A stretch of 64,000 bases of DNA from an uncultured bacterium (GTDB lineage Bacteria; Spirochaetota; B62-G9; DRHN01). This document shows positions 39,416 through 47,612 of this stretch, one piece after another. A model generated the notes under the pieces. That model worked only from the letters and a program-made list of their open reading frames with translations, did not search any database and was not told the DNA's origin. The stretch lies in assembly GCA_965603595.1 (NCBI GenBank), contig CBFDDP010000002.1:847-64846 (forward strand). The letters run 5' to 3'. Each line of letters opens with the position of its first letter. Position 1 is the stretch's first letter. The position numbers and the translations under genes are program-made.

Positions 39416-41647
39416 ATGGAAACCAAGGTGGCCGATTACCTGATAACAGTTGAAAAGGTAACCAGGGAACTCTCACAGATAGAGTCCATAAAACAGCTGC
39501 CACAGTATATTGCAAGTCAGCTTTCATCCGCATTGAATGATAACGTTCAATATGCCTTCGTTGACAGGGAATCAAACAATATCTATGAATCCTCCCACAT
39601 TGACAGCAATGTCAAGAATTTACTGCCCTTTTTCCTGGACGACAGGTTTACGGACGAGTTGAAGAAGCTCGACTGGAGCGTGGTTGACTCGAGGGGGGTG
39701 CGTTTTCTTTTCAAGGAGGTTTTTGGCCACGAATCAGACCTGGAGGCATCCTTTCTCATCCTGCCAAAGAAACGGGGTGACCTGATCGTCTACTTCTCTG
39801 TGCTCTGGGGGAGCAATAAACTCGAGAAGATCGACAAGGAGGAGGTCGATTTCATTTCCTCTGTGTGCAGTGCTGCTGAACTGAAGATTGTGAGCCTGCT
39901 TGGCGTTGCCAATCAGGCAGGAGACAGGGATTTAAGGCGCAAGGCCTTTGAGCTGAAAGAAATTTCCGGTATGGGCGTCGATCTAACCTCACTTGGCAAG
40001 GAGGATTTTTTTGGCAGTTTTCTCCTGAACGTCATGGGGAGAGCGCTCAGTAAGACGGCTGTTATCTTCCTTTCGACCAATGAAAACAACACTGAGTATG
40101 CACCTGTCGCGTCCAGAGGTGTGCTCAAGAAATTTGTGGAGAATATCCATTTCACAGATAAAAACTCATTCATTCAGGAGCTGAGAAAGCGGCAGGAAGC
40201 AATGGCTATACCGGATATGCTTGACATACTGGACGATGAGGAGAAAGACAGCTTCATCAAACTCGAGGCTGCTGTTCTCGTCCCCCTCATCTCTAAGAAT
40301 GGATTGATCGGCCTGCTCACACTCGGCGAACGTATGAATATGCAGCCCTACTCTGAAAAGGTCTATGACTCTATTAAGATCTATAGTAACCAGATGGTGA
40401 TGGCGATCGAAAACTCCAAACTTTCCAACCTTCGCTATGCCTTTTCGCGTTATGTTTCCCATCAGCTCGTCGACGGCATTCTTTCCGATCTGGATAAGGT
40501 TAAGCTAGGAGGAGAGCGGCGGAAGGTCACCGTTCTCTTTGCAGATATTCGAGGGTTCACCTCGATGGCCGAGAAGATGAAGCCTGAGGAGGTTGTAGAC
40601 CTGCTCAACACCTATCTATCGGGACTGACCGATATCGTATTCAAGTTCGAGGGAACCCTCGACAAGTATATTGGCGACTGCCTTATGGCTGTGTTCGGCA
40701 CACCCATCTCTCACTACAATGATGCGGAGCGGGCGACCATAACCGCCATAGAGATGCAGAAATATGTGGAGGAGATCAACGCCAAGAGGGAAAAGAAAGG
40801 CCTCCCCGAGGTGGCGATAGGTGTCGGGCTCAACACCGGTCATGCCATATCAGGAAATATGGGCTCGGTAGACCGGATGGACCTTACGGTCATCGGTGAT
40901 GTAGTCAATATTGCCTCAAGGCTTGAAGGGATTGCCGGTCGCGGCCAGATACTGGCCACCCGTGAAGTGTATGAAGAGGTGAAGTATGTTGTAGACGCCG
41001 AGTTTCTGGACAGTGTGACGGTGAAGGGTAGAGCACAGGCCGTTGACGTGTATGAGATCAAGGGTCTTATGGCAGGGAGGTTCCTGAGTGTGCTCGAACG
41101 GGTGGAACCCTACAAGGTTGGCCACTATCTCAATATTGCCGGGGATGCAGAGCTCATAGGCCAGAAGCTTGGATTTCCCATGGAAGAACTCATCAAACTC
41201 CGTTCCGCAATCCTGCTTATCGATATCGGCAGAATCGGACTGAGTGAGGGTATATTCAATAAGAAAGATAAGTTAACCCCCGAAGAGTTTGAAGTGGTGA
41301 AGAGTCATGTCATTCGGGGTGCTGAGTATGTTGAAAAGAAGCTGAATCTCTTCAAGGAGGGTATTGAACTCGTGAAGTATCATCACGAGTTTTACGACGG
41401 CAGTGGGTATCCCGACGGTCTCAAGGGTGAGGATATCCCACTCTGGGCACGGATCGTTTCAGTAGTCGATTCTTACTATGCCATGATCTCCAGCCGGCCA
41501 TTTAGAGAGCCCCTCAAAGAGGAGCAGGCCATAGCCATTCTCAATGATGAGAAGGGCAAGAAATACGATCCGAAAATAGTTGACGTCTATACTGGAATCC
41601 TTAGAAAACGGCTGCACGAAAACGTCGAAGCGGGTACCCCTGCATGA
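39416..41647 (+). CDS. GAF-like N-terminal region, class III adenylate/guanylate cyclase catalytic domain, and HD-GYP phosphodiesterase domain.
   Basis: Cyclase motifs VTVLFADIRGFT, KYIGDCLMAVFG and VGLNTGHAISGNMGS. HD-GYP motifs (H..HHEFYDGSGYPDGL). The ATG at 39416 is in frame with a GTG at 39407. Confidence 0.85.
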   Translation: METKVADYLITVEKVTRELSQIESIKQLPQYIASQLSSALNDNVQYAFVDRESNNIYESSHIDSNVKNLLPFFLDDRFTDELKKLDWSVVDSRGVRFLFKEVFGHESDLEASFLILPKKRGDLIVYFSVLWGSNKLEKIDKEEVDFISSVCSAAELKIVSLLGVANQAGDRDLRRKAFELKEISGMGVDLTSLGKEDFFGSFLLNVMGRALSKTAVIFLSTNENNTEYAPVASRGVLKKFVENIHFTDKNSFIQELRKRQEAMAIPDMLDILDDEEKDSFIKLEAAVLVPLISKNGLIGLLTLGERMNMQPYSEKVYDSIKIYSNQMVMAIENSKLSNLRYAFSRYVSHQLVDGILSDLDKVKLGGERRKVTVLFADIRGFTSMAEKMKPEEVVDLLNTYLSGLTDIVFKFEGTLDKYIGDCLMAVFGTPISHYNDAERATITAIEMQKYVEEINAKREKKGLPEVAIGVGLNTGHAISGNMGSVDRMDLTVIGDVVNIASRLEGIAGRGQILATREVYEEVKYVVDAEFLDSVTVKGRAQAVDVYEIKGLMAGRFLSVLERVEPYKVGHYLNIAGDAELIGQKLGFPMEELIKLRSAILLIDIGRIGLSEGIFNKKDKLTPEEFEVVKSHVIRGAEYVEKKLNLFKEGIELVKYHHEFYDGSGYPDGLKGEDIPLWARIVSVVDSYYAMISSRPFREPLKEEQAIAILNDEKGKKYDPKIVDVYTGILRKRLHENVEAGTPA

Positions 41648-42843
41648 GTGAAATCTCCAAAAAGCTGGTCGTTTCTAGCGATCTGGAGAAGAACCTCATC
41701 TTTCAGAGTCTCCTCAGGATGAAGGAGCCGATCGAACTGGAGCTTGGCGGATTTCGTTATCCGGGTTTCGTGAAACGCTATGATAGGAAGAGCATTCTCC
41801 TCGACATGCAGACCCCTCTGAAAATGGATGTTGGGGGGCCTGTTCGCGCCCATTTTATCTTCCACAACAGTTACCATTATTTTGACACCGCCGCGCAGAA
41901 GAAGGATGATAGCCATATTCAGCTTCTGCTCCCCGAGAAGATCAACAGGAATATGCTCCGCGCCAATGACCGTATTGATGGGCTGAACCGTGTGTTCATG
42001 CGATTCAAGATCCTGATTCATTCAAAGCGAAAAGAACTCTTGAGCTCCTCTCTCCTAGATGAACGAGTAATCATGCAGGAGGTGAGTAAGCCAAAGCCCG
42101 CCGTGGACAAGATACTTGCCGGGATCAAGCGGCTCGTCTCCGATTTTGCCCAGAACTTTCAGGTCAAAATATTCAAAGAGGATGAAAAACTTTCCTTTGA
42201 TGAGAGTATTCTCAAGCAGTCCGGGAAGATCTTTCTTATCTATGACTCTTTTGAGGACAACATCGAGGGCAGAAGGCATTTTGAGCAGGAGGTCATTGGC
42301 ATCAGTGATGCATATGCGCTCCTGATTCATGCAGGAGAATCGAGAAAGAACGCTGAAAGTAAACTGCTAGATCTGCTTCAGCAGAAGAGAAACGGCAATG
42401 TCTTTTCTGAGAGTCTCATACCGCTCATGCTGGAAGGCGAGGTTGTGGGATATATCCGCCTGTTCAACGACATGGATTATCATCGAAGCATAAAACCCGC
42501 ATTCGCTCTTCGCGCGGCAAAGTATGCCACTGTTCTCGTGGAAGCTCTTGTGAAGTATGATTACTTCACTCTCGAAAGCGGGGAGGAATTCGATGTACCT
42601 GTTATCAATGTGAGTGCGGGAGGACTCCTGTTCAAGCTCGACAGGTCTGCGGTAAAACAGTATCTTATTCTCCGCACCACGCTCATGATGACGATTCAAT
42701 TTACCACACATCTGGTTGAGGCGAGCGGTGTTATACACCGCATCGATAAGGAACGGTCCGAATTCGGCGTTAAATTTTTTATGATAAACGAGGTTGACAG
42801 CCAGTTTATCGATGATGTGGTGCATGGCAAGGTAAAGGTGTAG
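41644..42843 (+). CDS. PilZ-domain protein (YcgR-like N-terminal domain plus a C-terminal PilZ with a DxSxGG-like motif).
   Basis: The C-terminus VINVSAGGLLFKL matches the (D/N)xSxGG c-di-GMP-binding motif. An upstream RxxxR is not obvious. The ATGA overlaps the stop of the cyclase/HD-GYP gene. Confidence 0.6.
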   Translation: MSEISKKLVVSSDLEKNLIFQSLLRMKEPIELELGGFRYPGFVKRYDRKSILLDMQTPLKMDVGGPVRAHFIFHNSYHYFDTAAQKKDDSHIQLLLPEKINRNMLRANDRIDGLNRVFMRFKILIHSKRKELLSSSLLDERVIMQEVSKPKPAVDKILAGIKRLVSDFAQNFQVKIFKEDEKLSFDESILKQSGKIFLIYDSFEDNIEGRRHFEQEVIGISDAYALLIHAGESRKNAESKLLDLLQQKRNGNVFSESLIPLMLEGEVVGYIRLFNDMDYHRSIKPAFALRAAKYATVLVEALVKYDYFTLESGEEFDVPVINVSAGGLLFKLDRSAVKQYLILRTTLMMTIQFTTHLVEASGVIHRIDKERSEFGVKFFMINEVDSQFIDDVVHGKVKV

Positions 42844-42867
42844 CTGTGTACCCTGTGGGAGGCACAT

Positions 42868-43326
42868 ATGGCAGCAAAAAATGGACAGGAGATGAACAGT
42901 GTAATCGGTGAGGGTTCCATCTTCGAGGGGAAGTTTTACATCAACGGTTCTCTGCAGATAGATGGAAGGTTCGAGGGGGATATTCGTACTGATGAACATG
43001 TTTTGGTCGGTGAAACAGGCAAGGTTAAAACCGATATTGTTGCGCGGAGAGTCATCGTCGCCGGTACAGTCATAGGCAATATTGAGGCTGATGAAGAGGT
43101 GCATCTGCTTACCACGGGACGTGCGCTCGGGAATATCCGTGCTCCAAAAGTGAACGTTGAAGACGGCGCTATCATAGAGGGTGAGGTATCGATCAGCGCA
43201 GGTCAGAAGAAAGATGTGAAGCGGGTAATCGAAGAGTCCTTCTCGGCAGGACCGAAACTGAACGACATGCTCAAGGGACAGAAACGCATCAGTGAAGAGG
43301 AGAAGGAAACACCGCAGGATGCATGA
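42868..43326 (+). CDS. Bactofilin (polymer-forming cytoskeletal protein, DUF583).
   Basis: Repetitive beta-helical pattern (GxVxGxIxA...) typical of bactofilins, with an N-terminal short tail. 152 aa. Confidence 0.8.
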   Translation: MAAKNGQEMNSVIGEGSIFEGKFYINGSLQIDGRFEGDIRTDEHVLVGETGKVKTDIVARRVIVAGTVIGNIEADEEVHLLTTGRALGNIRAPKVNVEDGAIIEGEVSISAGQKKDVKRVIEESFSAGPKLNDMLKGQKRISEEEKETPQDA

Positions 43327-44065
43327 GCTGAAGAACGGAACCGAGATTGAGTACATCAGGCAGTCCTGCAGGATCGTTGCTGAGCTGCTTGAGTACTTGA
43401 GGGAGATTGTAAAAAATGGTGTTACCACAGGGTGGCTCGATCAGGAGGCAGAAGAATTTATTGAGAAGCGTGGTGCAATACCGGCCTTCAAGAACTACAA
43501 CGGATTCCCTGCATCAATCTGTTCATCGATCAATGAAGAGGTCATTCATGGCATACCAGGTGAGTACCGACTTCAGGAAGGCGATATACTGAGTGTTGAT
43601 GTGGGTGTGAACAAGGCCAGATATTTCGGTGATGCAGCCGTTACCATCCCTGTCGGACAAATCTCAGATGGAAAGAGAAAACTTCTGGAGACGACTGAGC
43701 GTGCCCTCTATGCGGGAATAGAAAAAGCGGTTCACCACAACCATGTGTCCGATATATCTCGGGCCGTCCAGAACGTGGTGGAAGGAGAGGGATTTTCGGT
43801 GGTTCGGGATTTTGTAGGGCATGGTGTTGGTAAGAGGCTGCACGAGGAACCTCCCATACCCAACTATAAAACACCAGGCAGAGGGCCGCAATTGCTCGAA
43901 GGGATGACACTCGCCATTGAACCTATGGTGAACATGGGTGGGTATGAAGTGTACATCAGGGACGACAACTGGACAGTTGTCACAAAGGACGGTACACCCT
44001 CGGCCCACTTTGAACATACCATACTGGTGCGCGACGGGGAGCCCGATATCCTCACCCTGCTCTAA
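43319..44065 (+). CDS. map: Methionine aminopeptidase type I.
   Basis: Metal-ligand pattern (D..D, H, E..E) and pita-bread fold motifs. The ATG at 43319 overlaps the bactofilin stop by 8 nt. Confidence 0.9.
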   Translation: MHELKNGTEIEYIRQSCRIVAELLEYLREIVKNGVTTGWLDQEAEEFIEKRGAIPAFKNYNGFPASICSSINEEVIHGIPGEYRLQEGDILSVDVGVNKARYFGDAAVTIPVGQISDGKRKLLETTERALYAGIEKAVHHNHVSDISRAVQNVVEGEGFSVVRDFVGHGVGKRLHEEPPIPNYKTPGRGPQLLEGMTLAIEPMVNMGGYEVYIRDDNWTVVTKDGTPSAHFEHTILVRDGEPDILTLL

Positions 44066-44085
44066 GAATTAAGGTGAATTATGGG

Positions 44086-44270
44086 AACACATCACTTAAT
44101 TAGTCGCTGGTGAACAATTCATTTTTATACATTGTTTATCATTCACCAGCTCAATCATTAGTGCTTAACGTATTAACTTTCAAGTATTTATTGTAATGAC
44201 AGTGATTACATACGGTGAAAATGCGAATTAATCACCACGCACTAATTATTTGTAATGGTGACAGCTCATC
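44086..44270. repeat. AT-rich (~30% GC) intergenic island with two perfect inverted repeats (CTGGTGAA/TTCACCAG with a 27-nt loop, and GTGATTA/TAATCAC) and repeated TAATTA motifs.
   Basis: Read directly. It contrasts with the flanking ~52% GC sequence. Lies upstream of asnS. Confidence 0.4.
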
Positions 44271-44303
44271 ATAGGAATGTGCAGACAGAAGGGGGAGTGA
44301 TTC

Positions 44304-45608
44304 GTGGGTATCAATGGCTTTTCCATTGTCCATGCGGCCCGTTATGTCGGTCAGGAGGTTGTACTGAGGGGGTGGGTGCGCCACATTCGCTCGAGCGGGT
44401 CCCTCTTCTTCATTGAGATGAGGGACGGGACCGGCATACTACAGGTGGTTGTCGCAAAAGATGAGTTGTCCCAAGAGGCATTCCAGAATTGCACCCAAAT
44501 GCGTATCGAGGCCTCCCTGGAGATTCGCGGCACGTTAAAGGAGGAGAGGCGCGCCCCGGGAGGTTATGAGATTTCAGCCACGGATGTGAAGCTCATACAG
44601 GTTCCCACCCATGAGTATCCCCTGTCCAAGAAGGGACACGGTACTGATTTTCTCATGGAACACCGGCATCTGTGGATTCGGTCGAGCAGGCAGCTTGCGA
44701 TCCTCAGGGTCAGAAGCGAGCTCGTACGGCTGCTCAGGGACTATTTCCATGAAAAGGGATTTGTGCTCATTGATACACCAATATTGACGGGTTCCATCGG
44801 GGAGAGCGCAGGCAACCTCTTTCAAACGAAATATTTCGACCTGGGAAATGCATATCTCGCACAGACGGGTCAGCTCTATCTCGAGGCAGCGGCAAGCGCG
44901 CTTGGGAAGGTTTTTTGTCTCGGGCCAACCTTCCGTGCTGAAAAATCCAAGACGAGGCGGCATCTCACCGAGTTCTGGATGCTCGAGGCTGAAATGGCTT
45001 TCTACGATGCGAATATGAACATGGACCTTCAGGAGGACATGATTGCTACGGTCGTGCGTGGTGTTCTCGCTTCCTGTGAAACTGAACTCTCGGTCCTGAA
45101 ACGGGATGTGGAGCCCCTGAAAAAGATCCACACCCCCTTTCCACGTATCGACTATGGGGAGGCGATTCAGCTTCTACAAGAAAAGGGTTTCACCGTCTCT
45201 TGGGGTGACGATATCGGCGGTGATGAGGAAACATGCCTTTCAGAGAGTTTCGAGAATCCGGTGTTCGTGTGCAACTATCCGCGAGAGATCAAGGCTTTCT
45301 ATATGATGCCGAATCTCGAGGATGAACGGACTGTATTGAACAACGATCTGCTTGCACCTGAGAGCTACGGTGAGATTATCGGGGGATCGCAGCGGAACCA
45401 TGATTACGGTTCACTGCGGCAGAGAATAGAGAAAGAGGGCCTCGACCCGGCATCCTATCGCTGGTACCTGGATCTCCGACAGTACGGGAGTGTGCCTCAC
45501 GCGGGTTTTGGGCTGGGTATCGAGAGGATGCTCAGCTGGATCTGTAAGCTCCCCCATGTGCGGGAGGCAATTCCATTTCCCCGATTGATCAACAGAATCT
45601 ACCCCTAG
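44304..45608 (+). CDS. asnS: Asparagine--tRNA ligase (class IIb aaRS).
   Basis: N-terminal OB anticodon-binding domain, class II motifs 1-3 (GFGLGIERM) and a typical AsnRS C-terminus. GTG start at 44304 with a GGGGGAG RBS. Confidence 0.7.
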   Translation: MGINGFSIVHAARYVGQEVVLRGWVRHIRSSGSLFFIEMRDGTGILQVVVAKDELSQEAFQNCTQMRIEASLEIRGTLKEERRAPGGYEISATDVKLIQVPTHEYPLSKKGHGTDFLMEHRHLWIRSSRQLAILRVRSELVRLLRDYFHEKGFVLIDTPILTGSIGESAGNLFQTKYFDLGNAYLAQTGQLYLEAAASALGKVFCLGPTFRAEKSKTRRHLTEFWMLEAEMAFYDANMNMDLQEDMIATVVRGVLASCETELSVLKRDVEPLKKIHTPFPRIDYGEAIQLLQEKGFTVSWGDDIGGDEETCLSESFENPVFVCNYPREIKAFYMMPNLEDERTVLNNDLLAPESYGEIIGGSQRNHDYGSLRQRIEKEGLDPASYRWYLDLRQYGSVPHAGFGLGIERMLSWICKLPHVREAIPFPRLINRIYP

Positions 45609-45634
45609 TACCGAGAAGAAAGGCCCGGGGTTTC

Positions 45635-46768
45635 GTGTTCAGAAGGATTGCACTCCCCATATCCATCGTCCTCACTTTCATGGCCCTGGAGCTGAATGCT
45701 TCGCACTTTTCGGTCTACGAGATCAGGGGCCGGGTCAGTATCTCCTATGCTTCAGGCGAAACCTTGACCCCACAACTCCACGACCCGATCGAGGGTCAAG
45801 CGACTATTCGTACCTACCACGACAGTTCCATCTCCTTCACGGGAAACGGGCATCATTACCGGGTATATGCCTCGAGTCTGGTTAGGCTGCAGGATGAACC
45901 CCTTCTCGTGTATGGAAAGCTCTCAAAATCCACGGGCAAAGACTTTGTTGACCTGCACTTCTACTATGTCCCTGCACCGGCGCAGGGGAGAACCATGAAG
46001 GTGGTGGTCCGCTCCAGTGATGATGGTATTGAGGTGAAAGCGTCACTCCTCACTGATAGCGGCAACGGCAGAACGCTCACGGTGTACCATCTCGGCGGGG
46101 GAAAGTACAGGGCCCTTACCGGTTTTGACTGTGAAGCCCCGGCTTTCCGGTACAAGCTTGATATAGTGGCAACGAGGGACAGCTTCAGCTACACGAAGGT
46201 AATCTATCCCTTCTATCTGCGGGAAACCAAGTTTCCCACCGGCAGGGTGATGCTGGCTCCAGCTAAGAGCAACCTCTTACAGCCGTCTGAGAGGAAGCGA
46301 AGGGAAAGCGACCGTCTTATGCAGGTCCTTGCCACATCTTCGGAACAGAGCCTGTGGGACGGCCCCTTTATCCAGCCTCTTGCGGTGTCTGAAATCATTT
46401 CATCCTTCGGGAAGAAACGTACGTACTATATTGGTAGGAAACGCATCAGTGTACGGCATCACCGGGGTATCGATTACAGAGCTGCACGGGGAACACCCGT
46501 CTTTGCACCGAATCACGGTATCGTTGTTCTCACCGCGGACAGGGTAACCACCGGCAGCACCCTGGTTATCGATCATGGGCACGGTGTTTTTTCCCTCTTC
46601 TTCCACCTTGATTCCATTTCAGTGGAAGAGGGTGCCCGAGTGAGATCGGGAGACAAAGTCGCAGAGGCAGGCTCAACGGGAATTGCAGTCGGCTCACACC
46701 TGCACTGGGGTATTTGGGTCGATGGTACATACGTGAACCCGCTTGATTGGCTGAAAAGAAATTTTTAG
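45635..46768 (+). CDS. M23-family (LytM-type) peptidoglycan metalloendopeptidase.
   Basis: HxxxD (HRGIDY) and HxH (HLHWGIW) motifs. N-terminal signal/TM. GTG start. Confidence 0.8.
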   Translation: MFRRIALPISIVLTFMALELNASHFSVYEIRGRVSISYASGETLTPQLHDPIEGQATIRTYHDSSISFTGNGHHYRVYASSLVRLQDEPLLVYGKLSKSTGKDFVDLHFYYVPAPAQGRTMKVVVRSSDDGIEVKASLLTDSGNGRTLTVYHLGGGKYRALTGFDCEAPAFRYKLDIVATRDSFSYTKVIYPFYLRETKFPTGRVMLAPAKSNLLQPSERKRRESDRLMQVLATSSEQSLWDGPFIQPLAVSEIISSFGKKRTYYIGRKRISVRHHRGIDYRAARGTPVFAPNHGIVVLTADRVTTGSTLVIDHGHGVFSLFFHLDSISVEEGARVRSGDKVAEAGSTGIAVGSHLHWGIWVDGTYVNPLDWLKRNF

Positions 46769-46778
46769 GGGGACCGAT

Positions 46779-47612
46779 ATGGACAGTTATTCGGAGAAAA
46801 TTGATCAGGCGCTGCATTTTCTGGAGGAACAGGCGGTTGGCGATGTGCAAAACGCCATGATTCTCGGCTCCGGGCTGGGTGGGATTGCCGATGAGGTCCT
46901 GGAGGGGATTGTTATGCCTTATGCTGAAATTCCGGGTTTTCCCGTCGCGACCATACCGGGACACCGCGGCGAGGCGATTTTCGGTAAACTGGGTGGTAAA
47001 CCGGTACTTATTTTCAGCGGGAGATTTCATTTCTATCAGGGATTTTCATTACAAGAAGTCACCCTCCCCGTACGGGTGGCGGCCCGGCTCGGCGTGAAGA
47101 ACATGATCATCACCAATGCCTGCGGGGGAATCAACGATGCATTGAATCCAGGTGATATCATGATCATCAGGGACCATATCAATCTCATGGGAAGCAATCC
47201 ACTCATCGGTATCGATACGGGTACCTTCGGGACCCCCTTTATCGACATGAGTGACCCCTACGACGGTGAACTACGAGAAGTTGTGCACGAGCTCGCGTTA
47301 AAAAAGCCTGAGATCGGTGAGCTCAGGGAGGGAGTGTATGTGGCCGTGACCGGTCCGAGCTATGAGACAAAGGCTGAAATTTCCTTTTTTAAACAGGTCG
47401 GAGCGGATGCTGTGGGCATGTCGACAGTACCCGAAGTGATCGTGTGCCGACAGGAGGGCATCAGGGTCATCGGTATATCGGCTGTGTCCAACATGGCGGC
47501 GGGTATACAAAAGGCAGCACTGAGCCATCAGAAAGTACTCGACACGACGGCAAAGATGAGAGCCCGTCTTATTCTTCTGGTCAAGGAACTGCTCGAACAT
47601 GTCCTCACCTGA
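46779..47612 (+). CDS. Purine nucleoside phosphorylase of the PNP/MTAP (trimeric) family.
   Basis: The GSGLGG phosphate-binding loop, ITNACGG and MSTVPE motifs. 277 aa. Confidence 0.75.
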   Translation: MDSYSEKIDQALHFLEEQAVGDVQNAMILGSGLGGIADEVLEGIVMPYAEIPGFPVATIPGHRGEAIFGKLGGKPVLIFSGRFHFYQGFSLQEVTLPVRVAARLGVKNMIITNACGGINDALNPGDIMIIRDHINLMGSNPLIGIDTGTFGTPFIDMSDPYDGELREVVHELALKKPEIGELREGVYVAVTGPSYETKAEISFFKQVGADAVGMSTVPEVIVCRQEGIRVIGISAVSNMAAGIQKAALSHQKVLDTTAKMRARLILLVKELLEHVLT

